Source of the DNA: a virus
Taxonomy: Duplodnaviria; Caudoviricetes
Virus record (IMG/VR): IMGVR_UViG_3300009678_000136
Location: 1-24,372 of that record
Strand: one strand, 5' to 3'
DNA: 24,372 nucleotides
The notes below the pieces were generated by a model. That model was not told the origin of the DNA. It did not search any database and saw only the letters and a list, made by a program, of their open reading frames with translations. Position 1 is the stretch's first letter. Each line of letters begins with the position of its first letter. This document shows positions 16,781-24,372 of this stretch, one piece after another. A program made the position numbers and the translations under genes.

Positions 16781-17229
16781 CAGGCTGTACCGGCTATTGC
16801 ATCCTTGTGAGTTTCGCCTGCAATTGTCGTTGCATCGTGCGTAACAGGTTTTTTCGACGCGCCGTAAAGAATATACATCGCCGACACCGCAGCCGTATCC
16901 GTGCCGATATCGACGTGCAGTTGGACAAACCGTTTTTGCGGCCGCAGAACGTCCAGGTAAAAAACCTTGTTGTCTTTATCCGCGGCGATTGCCTGCTTGC
17001 TGCCGGCTAAGTCGTCGGGATTCGACATCGCCACCACGTCGGACTGAACCATGTTGATATGGATAACCGACGTCGGCTGAATGGCGCCAAACTGGACAAC
17101 GGCGCAGATGCCGGAAAATCCCGACATATCCACCACCGCGCCCTCAACGTCGATCGCTCCGGCCGCGCCGGCGGTGTAGGTGATCGCCTGAACAAATTTA
17201 CAGGAGGTTGATAAATGTTCGGTTTGCAT
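16780..17229 (-). CDS. Putative capsid decoration protein, paralog A
   Basis: First gene after the major capsid; beta-rich, VDMSGF motif. Confidence 0.7.
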   Translation of the reverse strand: MQTEHLSTSCKFVQAITYTAGAAGAIDVEGAVVDMSGFSGICAVVQFGAIQPTSVIHINMVQSDVVAMSNPDDLAGSKQAIAADKDNKVFYLDVLRPQKRFVQLHVDIGTDTAAVSAMYILYGASKKPVTHDATTIAGETHKDAIAGTA

Positions 17230-17241
17230 AGCGCCCCCCGG

Positions 17242-18591
17242 TTAAGACGTTTTATTAGTCAGATGTTTAATCGGCGCCGTTCCGGCATCGAGCAAATTGC
17301 CGTCGCTGCGCAGGAAGGCGACAAACCCGACCTGATCAGTCTGCGCAAAGAGTTCGTCGAGGCGAACCAGTCTCACGCCGGCAACGTCCCTGATCTTGTA
17401 TTTCGAGAAGTCGCCGAACAATACGACCTTGGCCGACTGCGCTTGTGTTCCCGTCATCGACTGATTGACGACGTAGCGATAGCCCAAGAGGCGATCTGGG
17501 ACGCCGGCCTGCATGCCAGGCTGCCAGAGATACTGCCCCGAGGTCACGTCCTTGAGCTGCCTGATCGCCGCCAAAATAGTGTCGTGAAACATCCAGATCG
17601 AATTGGGCCGATAGGCCGGATCAACCGAATGTTCCAGGGAAATGATTTCGCCGTCGGTAATCGCCGTTTTCGACGCGGCCTCAACGCCCTGGGTCGAAGC
17701 GACAACAACGCCCATCGGCAGAACTGTTCCGGTGCCGGTAGTGAAATGATCGTTCTGGATCCTGCCGATACGCGTGCCTAGCCAGCCGCCGATCATTGCC
17801 GCCAGGTCAAAGGCGCTGTCCTGAAGCAGTTCGTTGGACACGATTATTGGCTTACTGGAGTATTTGAACGCCTTGAAAATGACCGAACCGAAGGTCGGAT
17901 CAACCGAGGCTCCGAACGTCGTCGCTTCGGCCAAGATCGCGCCCTTGTTGCCGGTATCGTTCATCGTCGGCCAGGGCAGATCGCCGTAACCATCGGTGCG
18001 CATAACATCGGCGACTTGCCGGACGCCGCCAAACTGGAGCAACGCCTGCTCAAGCGAAGAAACGAAGCCCTCTGGCACCGTGTAACCGCCCGAGCCCGCG
18101 GTTAGGCTCATGTCGCGAAATTCCCGTTTCACCGCCCGGTAGTCCTTGGCGATCGGAATTTCGATTTCCCGGCTATGCACATCGAAGCCGAAAAACTTGC
18201 AAGCCTCTTTGTGCTCATCGGTGATCTTCGCGCCTGGTTGCATGGCGCGCAGCCAACCTTGCAGAGCATAGGAGGTGCGCCGTTCCAGCTCCTCGCGGGT
18301 TACGCGCCGCTCGCCGCCCACCGGATAACGGAAACTTTCTAATTTCTCGCCGGGACTCTTGCTCTGGCGCTGTTCGTCGAGCGATGCCGCCAGTTTTGCC
18401 TCTTCGGCGCGCAGTTTTTCCTCGCGGTCGATAGCGACTTCGAGCTGGCGAATGTCGGATTCCATCTTGGCGTACATCTCGCGCTCTTCGGCGGTCTCTT
18501 CCTTGCGCTCGATAACTCCGTCATGGTGCTTGCGCATCGCCTCAACGATTCTCATGCGGTCCTGACGTAGTTCGTTCACGTTAAGTGCCAT
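17242..18591 (-). CDS. Major capsid protein, HK97 family
   Basis: Coiled-coil delta domain, GGYTVPEGF, VSNELLQDS, GQYLWQP..LLGY and FGDFSKY motifs; AAGGAG RBS. Confidence 0.96.
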   Translation of the reverse strand: MALNVNELRQDRMRIVEAMRKHHDGVIERKEETAEEREMYAKMESDIRQLEVAIDREEKLRAEEAKLAASLDEQRQSKSPGEKLESFRYPVGGERRVTREELERRTSYALQGWLRAMQPGAKITDEHKEACKFFGFDVHSREIEIPIAKDYRAVKREFRDMSLTAGSGGYTVPEGFVSSLEQALLQFGGVRQVADVMRTDGYGDLPWPTMNDTGNKGAILAEATTFGASVDPTFGSVIFKAFKYSSKPIIVSNELLQDSAFDLAAMIGGWLGTRIGRIQNDHFTTGTGTVLPMGVVVASTQGVEAASKTAITDGEIISLEHSVDPAYRPNSIWMFHDTILAAIRQLKDVTSGQYLWQPGMQAGVPDRLLGYRYVVNQSMTGTQAQSAKVVLFGDFSKYKIRDVAGVRLVRLDELFAQTDQVGFVAFLRSDGNLLDAGTAPIKHLTNKTS

Positions 18592-18612
18592 AAATATCTC
18601 CTTTTCCGTTGC

Positions 18613-19338
18613 TTAGACCGCTTTACGGCGGGCATTTCGGTAAATTTCATCCAATGTGGGCAGTTTTGACGGCGATCGGCGCCGATCGAGAAATTCCTGT
18701 CTCTGTCGCATCATCGCATCGAAATCCTCGCGTTTTTTTTCTGCCGCGAGTTCTTGAGTGATAATGGCATCCACGCGCTGCTCGTCTATTTTCATGGCGA
18801 GATTCCGATCAGCAGCGCCGACTTCGGCCATGCGCTGCTCGAAATAGCTGCGCGCATTCAAATCCGTTGACGGATAAGCGGGAAAACTGACGGCCGACAC
18901 GTCAAAAAGCTGTACTTTCAGCAGTGAGCGGACCATTTCGTTGCCTTCGCGATACCATTTCTCGTCTTTTTCCCGGTCCCTGACGCCAAAAGCGAAAGAC
19001 ATCTCGGACAAATCGCCGCGGCGCACCTTGGGCACGAGGCGCTGCACGTCGGGATCTTTGGGATCGAGCTCGGCACGGAAGGCGAGCCCTTTAACGTCCT
19101 CGGTGAGCCGGAGAGTGCCGGATTTCGTCCTAGCGATAGGTAAACCGCGATGATTGAGTAAAAAGCGCACGTCATCGGACATAACCGCGTCCGAAAACGC
19201 GCCCGGCTGGATGATTTCCCGAAAACCTAGATCGTGAGACTTGACGCCAAAGACAGCGGCGTGACCTTCGATGACTTGTTTATCGCCGTCGATCGCTCTG
19301 ATTTCGGTGAGTGAAAAAGTGCGAACTTCTTTTTCCAT
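18613..19338 (-). CDS. Prohead maturation protease, HK97 family
   Basis: IEGHAAVF, FREIIQPGAF, LLNH, MSFAF and DVSAVSFPAYPST motifs; likely start ATG 19338 (MEKEVRTF). Confidence 0.94.
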   Translation of the reverse strand: MEKEVRTFSLTEIRAIDGDKQVIEGHAAVFGVKSHDLGFREIIQPGAFSDAVMSDDVRFLLNHRGLPIARTKSGTLRLTEDVKGLAFRAELDPKDPDVQRLVPKVRRGDLSEMSFAFGVRDREKDEKWYREGNEMVRSLLKVQLFDVSAVSFPAYPSTDLNARSYFEQRMAEVGAADRNLAMKIDEQRVDAIITQELAAEKKREDFDAMMRQRQEFLDRRRSPSKLPTLDEIYRNARRKAV

Positions 19339-19348
19339 GCTTGGCCTG

Positions 19349-19377
19349 AATATAGGCGCATGGCATGGCTGGAACAA
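19349..19377 (-). promoter_or_regulatory. Putative sigma70-type promoter for protease/capsid genes
   Basis: Minus strand TTGTTC (19377-19372), 17-nt spacer, TATATT (19354-19349), in the only sizeable intergenic gap of the operon. Confidence 0.5.
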
Positions 19378-19394
19378 TAATTTTCAAACCGGAA

Positions 19395-19424
19395 TGTCGG
19401 TAACTGTCGGTAACTGACGCAGTT
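19395..19424. repeat. Tandem 10-bp direct repeat TGTCGGTAAC x2 plus a degenerate third copy
   Basis: tgtcggtaac-tgtcggtaac-tgacgcagtt read directly from the sequence. Confidence 0.75.
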
Positions 19425-19428
19425 TATT

Positions 19429-19608
19429 TTAATTTGAGGTGGGTTTTTCGCTTTTTTTTAGCCGTTCAAGCTCATCGACGGCGATTCTGCGGCCGTGACG
19501 GATTTTTAAGGAATGAAGTTCACCGCTCCTGATTGCGCGCTCGACCGTCCTGCGTGAAATACTAAAAAACTCGGCGACCTCTTGGATGTTGTAGTACTTT
19601 TTCATCAT
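19429..19608 (-). CDS. Small Xis/MerR-like (HTH_17-type) DNA-binding protein, 59 aa; missing from the ORF track
   Basis: Manual translation MMKKYYNIQEVAEFFSISRRTVERAIRSGELHSLKIRHGRRIAVDELERLKKSEKPTSN; ATGA overlap with the upstream stop. Confidence 0.85.
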   Translation of the reverse strand: MMKKYYNIQEVAEFFSISRRTVERAIRSGELHSLKIRHGRRIAVDELERLKKSEKPTSN

Positions 19609-20045
19609 CCTGCAAGCTGTTTTAGCTGCTCGATCTTCGGGCCAACGATGACCCGGTGAACCTTTTCCCCAAATGGAAAGATATAAACAAAGCGATGGTT
19701 TGCCAGGCGGTCCAGAACATACTTGCCGGGATCACGGCTTGCCGACCCCGGCCATGCCTCCCAACAAACCAGGATCGCGCCGATCTTACGGTCCTTCTGC
19801 ATGGCAAATATAAGCCCCAGCTTATCCGGCCGGTGCTGATCGAGGCCAAAATAGCCCTTGAGCCACAAACAAGTGAAGTCGTGGCAGCTACGCGGCCGGT
19901 CTGCGTATATTCCGCACCCCTCGGCGCACAGATTGGCGCATGGCTCCCATAGCGGCTTGGACAGCTCATCAACGCCCAGCGCGGTGCAGCACGCCTTACA
20001 ATCGCCGCACTGGCGCCCCTCTATGGCTTCGTGGAGGTATTTCAT
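19605..20045 (-). CDS. YkgJ-like CxxCxxCC cysteine-cluster (Zn/Fe-binding) protein
   Basis: CGDCKACC...PCANLCAEGCGIYADRPRSCHDFTC pattern. Confidence 0.8.
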   Translation of the reverse strand: MKYLHEAIEGRQCGDCKACCTALGVDELSKPLWEPCANLCAEGCGIYADRPRSCHDFTCLWLKGYFGLDQHRPDKLGLIFAMQKDRKIGAILVCWEAWPGSASRDPGKYVLDRLANHRFVYIFPFGEKVHRVIVGPKIEQLKQLAG

Positions 20046-20755
20046 ACTCTCAATAACAGTTGAGCCGGAATGCGACCTGGACCACGCCGAGAATTACAAC
20101 TCCGATGAGCCAATGCGACATTCCACGGCGCATCGGGACCACCCTGAGAAATCGGAATTAAATGGTCCCGAGATTGTTCTTTTTTAGAAACTTTTTTGCC
20201 GCAAATATGACAAATCCCGTTATCTCTGCGAATTATATCGGCAAAGGAATATTTTTCGACTCCGTTGTTTAGAACTCTGGCCCTACGACGGTGATTTAAG
20301 CTGAAATATACTTCTTTATGAGCCGAATAGAACTTGCTTGCAGTTTCCTTTACTTTTTTCGGATTTGCCTTTCTATAATTCCTGACTCGCTGTTTGAATT
20401 TATCTGGAGTCGTTGCATAATCCTTGCGTTTTGCCGCCCTGCGTCTGTCACCATGAGTTTGATAGTCTCGTTGCGCTCTTTCTTTACGTTTTTCTGGATT
20501 GGCCTCATACCATTTTTTTTTCCTCTCAAGAATAGCTAATCTATTCTTAGTCCAATCATTTCTTTGCCACTGGCGATATCGTTCTGGATGATCAAGCCTG
20601 TATTTGCGATTCTGTTCCACAATCTTACTAAGATTCGCGGCGAGGCGGCCATGGTCGTATTTAGCTATGCATTCCTTACAAATATTCGTCCACTTGGAGA
20701 ACGGTTTGGAATCCCTTGCCGCACCGCATTTTCTACAGACTGCTGGTTTTTCCAT
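20042..20755 (-). CDS. HNH endonuclease (homing-type)
   Basis: N-terminal CxxC...CxxC, basic YxxxNPxK repeats, C-terminal CHICG..DHLIPISQGG...NVALAHRSCN; visibly more AT-rich than its flanks. Confidence 0.9.
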   Translation of the reverse strand: MEKPAVCRKCGAARDSKPFSKWTNICKECIAKYDHGRLAANLSKIVEQNRKYRLDHPERYRQWQRNDWTKNRLAILERKKKWYEANPEKRKERAQRDYQTHGDRRRAAKRKDYATTPDKFKQRVRNYRKANPKKVKETASKFYSAHKEVYFSLNHRRRARVLNNGVEKYSFADIIRRDNGICHICGKKVSKKEQSRDHLIPISQGGPDAPWNVALAHRSCNSRRGPGRIPAQLLLRV

Positions 20756-22001
20756 TCGTATAACCTTTAGCCGGAACCGATAAATCCAAATTGGCGCTCA
20801 ATGGTTCCGCTCCAACAATTTGAAAATTAGACGGCATCCAATAATCATCTCCATCTGGAATGCCGTTCAAATTTTCGAGTTGTCTCACATCATTAGCGCT
20901 CATCCACCCGTTTTGCCGCGCCAACTGGTAAGCCTGGTAGCGTGTCAGCGTGTCGGCGCGCAGGATCGCGTCGGCGAGAAACTCGGCGAAGTAAGTGCGC
21001 TGCTCGCTTTCCATGAACAGCGATAGGTTGACTCGCTGCTCCCAGCATACCGCCCAACAGCGAATGCAATCCGTCCAGAAGTCCAGATTGGCCTGCTCGA
21101 CGCTGGAATGGCTGACGGTTCCCGGCTTCATAATGCCGATCTTGTACGGCGGCACGCGGTAAATGCCGGCAATGTCTTCCTTCTGCACTTGCCAGCCTTC
21201 GATAAACTGCGCATCGTTGGGCGGGATGCCGACATCGTGCCAGGTCATGCCTTCTTCGAGGATCAAGTAGCCGCGGCGGTTATCGCCGGTGGTGCGATCA
21301 TTGATCGACTCGCGCAAGTTCTTGAGTGCTTCCGGCCCCAGTTTGCCGGGATGCTGCAAGGTGCCGCCGGGCCTGGCGTCATTTAGGAAAAAGCGCGCGC
21401 GATACTCCTGCGCGGCGTTGCACAAGCCCATGGACTCGCGCTGGAGAGTCACCGGCGAGTAGCCCATGATACCATCGGATGCCAAGCCGCGCAGGTGTAG
21501 CACATCCTCTTGCGGAAACTGAAGTACCGGGCCGTCCGGCATGTTGTAAAAGTACCAAAGGCGGGCCGGCGTAACCAAGATCCGTATTCGATCGGGCCGC
21601 CACGGCCACAGATTGACAATTCTCCCGCCGCCGTCGTACTCGATCTGAGCGAAGGCGTTGCCCCACAGCAGTAAACAGGATTGCATCATCATCCGGAATT
21701 CCGCCGAGGTCATCATCGTGTTGGGCCGATCCTTCAAGATTCGAAACAGCGGATGCGCCGTCGCCCGCTCTTTGCCGCCGTCTAGGCGCCGGTAAGTGAT
21801 GAACGGCAGAGACGCGATGGTCTCGGCGATCACCTTGATGCAGGCGTACACCGCAGAGATGTTCATCGCCGTGAACGGATTGATGTTCTGTCCAGAGACG
21901 GTCTGAATCCCGCCGCTGAATATCTGGCGCAGCGCGGGATCTTTGAGAGACAGTTGCTGCTCGGTTGAGCGTTTTTGCATCAGCGTAGTGAGTAGACTCA
22001 T
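20733..22001 (-). CDS. Portal protein, HK97 family
   Basis: SAVYACIKVIAETIASLP, LLWGNAF, VLHLRG..DGIMGYSP, ILEEGM and IAGIYRVPP motifs; start reassigned to ATG 22001. Confidence 0.96.
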   Translation of the reverse strand: MSLLTTLMQKRSTEQQLSLKDPALRQIFSGGIQTVSGQNINPFTAMNISAVYACIKVIAETIASLPFITYRRLDGGKERATAHPLFRILKDRPNTMMTSAEFRMMMQSCLLLWGNAFAQIEYDGGGRIVNLWPWRPDRIRILVTPARLWYFYNMPDGPVLQFPQEDVLHLRGLASDGIMGYSPVTLQRESMGLCNAAQEYRARFFLNDARPGGTLQHPGKLGPEALKNLRESINDRTTGDNRRGYLILEEGMTWHDVGIPPNDAQFIEGWQVQKEDIAGIYRVPPYKIGIMKPGTVSHSSVEQANLDFWTDCIRCWAVCWEQRVNLSLFMESEQRTYFAEFLADAILRADTLTRYQAYQLARQNGWMSANDVRQLENLNGIPDGDDYWMPSNFQIVGAEPLSANLDLSVPAKGYTNGKTSSL

Positions 22002-22186
22002 TTGGACCCCCACAGAATCAGAAAAATAAACAACGCCCCCGTTCCGATAAACGCCGCCGGCGGATAGACCACCCACAAACCGTAGGCGAACATGCCGACC
22101 GCAATGACAAACACAACGTCGCGGATATCGATCCACGAGCGCACGGTGTCGATGGCGGAGTCAATCCGCTCTTTGAGCGCGATCAT
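21998..22186 (-). CDS. Small two-helix membrane protein between terminase and portal
   Basis: Two hydrophobic segments; its stop overlaps the portal ATG. Confidence 0.7.
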   Translation of the reverse strand: MIALKERIDSAIDTVRSWIDIRDVVFVIAVGMFAYGLWVVYPPAAFIGTGALFIFLILWGSK

Positions 22187-22204
22187 ACTACAAAACTTCT
22201 TTCT

Positions 22205-23851
22205 TCACACACTGAGCACTCCCCTGGTTTCGTACACGCTCGGCCCGTCGTCGACCTGGCGGATTGCCAGCGATAAAGCCATAATCATTGCCACGATGCC
22301 GTCAATGCGCTCTGTACTCTTACCCTTGTCGGGTTTTAGGTTGCCGGCCGGATCGGTCTTGACAACGACATTGTTAGCCATCCAACGAAGAACCGGATTG
22401 CCACCGTGGGCGATCTTGCGCCCCAGGATCATGTTTAACAATTCCTTGGTCGGTGGCGACATGCTCGCGAAGCCTTGCCCGAATTGAAACAAAAGCGGCT
22501 TGCCATAATTCACCGCGGTTTTCTCGTCTATGGTAAAACCGATTTCGTCACATAGATCTGTCACTATTTTCTGCGATCCCCAGCGATCGAAAGCTAAGCC
22601 GCGCAAATCAAAATCGACGCGGCATTTGCCGAGCCGGAGCATGATCCAGCGGTAATCGATTAAGTTGCCCGGTGTTGCCTCGATAAATCCCTGTCGCTGC
22701 CAAACATCGTAGGGTACGCGATCTCTTTTGACGCGGTCGTGCATACCGTCCTCGGGTATCCAAAAAAACGGCAAGACGGCAAACGGCTCGCCAGGGAATA
22801 CTAGGACGCAAGCTGCAATATCGGTAGTCGACGCCAGATCGAGCCCAGCATAACAGCGCCGGCCTTTGAGCGCGTCGTAATCGACCGAGCCGACGCAGCC
22901 GTCCCATTCGGCGATCTGTAGCCAGCGGGTCTCCTGTTGCGTCCATTGGTTCAAGTGTAGTCGGCGAAAAGTGTTTTCATATGCTGGTGTTGCCTTGGCG
23001 CGCTCGCATTCGGAAGCAAGGTAATCGAGCTTGACCGAGACGCTTATGTTGGGATTGGCCTTGGCCCAGACAGCCGGATTGGTCCAGTCATCAGCTTCGG
23101 CCGTGTCGTAAATAACTGGTAAAAAAGCGGGATCGCTAACCGTGCCATCGATGACTTTCTTGGCGTACTCATGGACTTCCCAGCAAATGGATTTGCGATC
23201 ATATCCGGCGGTAGTGAACATGATCAACAGCGGCTGGCGGCGGGCGCCTGTGGAGGTCTTGAGAACGTCGTAGAGGTCGCGGTTTGGCTGGGCGTGAAGC
23301 TCGTCGAAGAGGATACCATGGCTGTTCTTGCCGTGCTTCGATGGCGCGTCCGATGAGAGCACTTGATAAGCGGAAGATGTCGCACTGTAGACGATTGATT
23401 TGACAAACGGATCGCTGACATCATCCAACTCGGGTTCCATCTCGACCATGCCCTTGGCGACGCCGAAGATGATCTTGGCCTGGTCGGTGTCGGCGGCGGC
23501 GGAGTAGACCTCGGCGCCGGGCTCGCCATCGGCAAATAGCAGATAAAGCGCAATCGCGGCGCCCCAAGTAGATTTACCGTTCTTGCGCGGCACCTCGATG
23601 TAGACCTCACGAATCACCCGCGTGCCATCGGGCCGCTTCCAGCCGAACACGCCCCTGGTGATTTGACGCTGCCAAGGCTGAAGCAGCAGCGGCTTGCCGG
23701 CGAGCTCGCCCTTGACGTGGTGGCAGCAGGTTTCGATGAACTCGACGGCGCGATCGCCAGCGGCGGCTTCAAATCGCGCTGCCTTGAAAGTCAGCGCCCA
23801 CTTGGCGGCGTCTTTGACCGCGCCGGTCTTGGTACGCAGGAAGGAAATCAT
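22205..23851 (-). CDS. terL: Terminase large subunit
   Basis: Walker A VPRKNGKST, Walker B ILFDELH, TTAG coupling motif, GLDLAST nuclease motif and ERIDGIVA. Confidence 0.97.
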   Translation of the reverse strand: MISFLRTKTGAVKDAAKWALTFKAARFEAAAGDRAVEFIETCCHHVKGELAGKPLLLQPWQRQITRGVFGWKRPDGTRVIREVYIEVPRKNGKSTWGAAIALYLLFADGEPGAEVYSAAADTDQAKIIFGVAKGMVEMEPELDDVSDPFVKSIVYSATSSAYQVLSSDAPSKHGKNSHGILFDELHAQPNRDLYDVLKTSTGARRQPLLIMFTTAGYDRKSICWEVHEYAKKVIDGTVSDPAFLPVIYDTAEADDWTNPAVWAKANPNISVSVKLDYLASECERAKATPAYENTFRRLHLNQWTQQETRWLQIAEWDGCVGSVDYDALKGRRCYAGLDLASTTDIAACVLVFPGEPFAVLPFFWIPEDGMHDRVKRDRVPYDVWQRQGFIEATPGNLIDYRWIMLRLGKCRVDFDLRGLAFDRWGSQKIVTDLCDEIGFTIDEKTAVNYGKPLLFQFGQGFASMSPPTKELLNMILGRKIAHGGNPVLRWMANNVVVKTDPAGNLKPDKGKSTERIDGIVAMIMALSLAIRQVDDGPSVYETRGVLSV

Positions 23852-24300
23852 TTAACCACCGTGAGAAATCGGCCGGCTCCTTGAGGCTTGGCTGGCGGCA
23901 TTATCTTAACCTGAGAGCGATCAGACGGCGTAAAGCCGAATTTTGCCGCTAATCTGCCACGCATGGCCACCGCGGACTGCCAGGCTTTATAAATTCCCTT
24001 CATAATCGCGGTCTCGTAACCTTGTCTTTTGATATTGCGCCACAGATTAACGCTGGCCGAGTGCTGCAGACAATATTCGTTAAACTCTGTCTGGTCCTGG
24101 CGCGTGAGCACACCCTTGCGGATCAGCTCTGGCGCACGGGTATTCCATTCGGCGCGGGCGATTGGATCACGTTTAACCTCTAAAGACATCTCGGCGCCGA
24201 TGTCGAACTCCGGTTCCGCTGTATTTAGAGGCCGTTTGCCGGGGTTTCCTTCCAATTTTTTCTGCTGTGTTGACTTCGGAGCCGGTCCTCGTTTTCCCAT
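23848..24300 (-). CDS. terS: Terminase small subunit, P27 family
   Basis: GPAPKST..KKLEGNPGKRPLN N-terminus and FGFTPSDRS C-terminal motif. Confidence 0.93.
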   Translation of the reverse strand: MGKRGPAPKSTQQKKLEGNPGKRPLNTAEPEFDIGAEMSLEVKRDPIARAEWNTRAPELIRKGVLTRQDQTEFNEYCLQHSASVNLWRNIKRQGYETAIMKGIYKAWQSAVAMRGRLAAKFGFTPSDRSQVKIMPPAKPQGAGRFLTVVK

Positions 24301-24372
24301 AATTTTCCAATCGACTAAAACGCCCTACTTTGCCGCCCCCTATGCGAAAACCTGCGGACGCATTTCTGTGAC

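Larger units (their letters stand above)
1..24372 (-). mobile_element. Siphovirus-type phage/prophage morphogenesis region
   Basis: Complete terminase-to-tail-tip gene order on one strand. No att site, integrase or host gene is visible, so prophage versus free phage cannot be decided. Confidence 0.93.

Noticed and set aside
19395-19424. Repeats as a CRISPR array or att site
   Set aside because: Units are 10 bp with no spacers, and there is no integrase or cas gene.
22002-22136. Cys-rich N-terminal extension of the portal
   Set aside because: It overlaps the membrane-protein gene; ATG 22001 with ATGA coupling is the better start.

Overview
The window is a contiguous minus-strand morphogenesis module of a tailed phage or prophage with HK97/lambda-like siphovirus gene order. 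Reading right to left: terminase small and large subunits, a small membrane protein, portal, a three-gene insert (HNH endonuclease, CxxCxxCC protein, small Xis/MerR-like HTH), prohead protease, major capsid, two paralogous putative decoration proteins, neck genes, tail tube, G/G-T chaperones with a -1 frameshift, tape measure, Dit, hub, cupin, NlpC/P60, TipJ, then fibre/adhesin genes running off the left edge. The most unusual observation is that three genes coupled into the structural operon (one in the head block, two in the fibre block) start with canonical Sec/SPase I signal peptides and carry even numbers of mostly closely paired cysteines. This suggests exported, disulfide-bonded virion appendages or host-surface proteins. 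Other points of interest are a tandem 10-bp repeat and promoter beside an unannotated HTH gene, a carbohydrate-binding-like module inserted in the hub, and a cupin next to the NlpC/P60 gene. All family assignments come from motif recognition and synteny; no searches were run.
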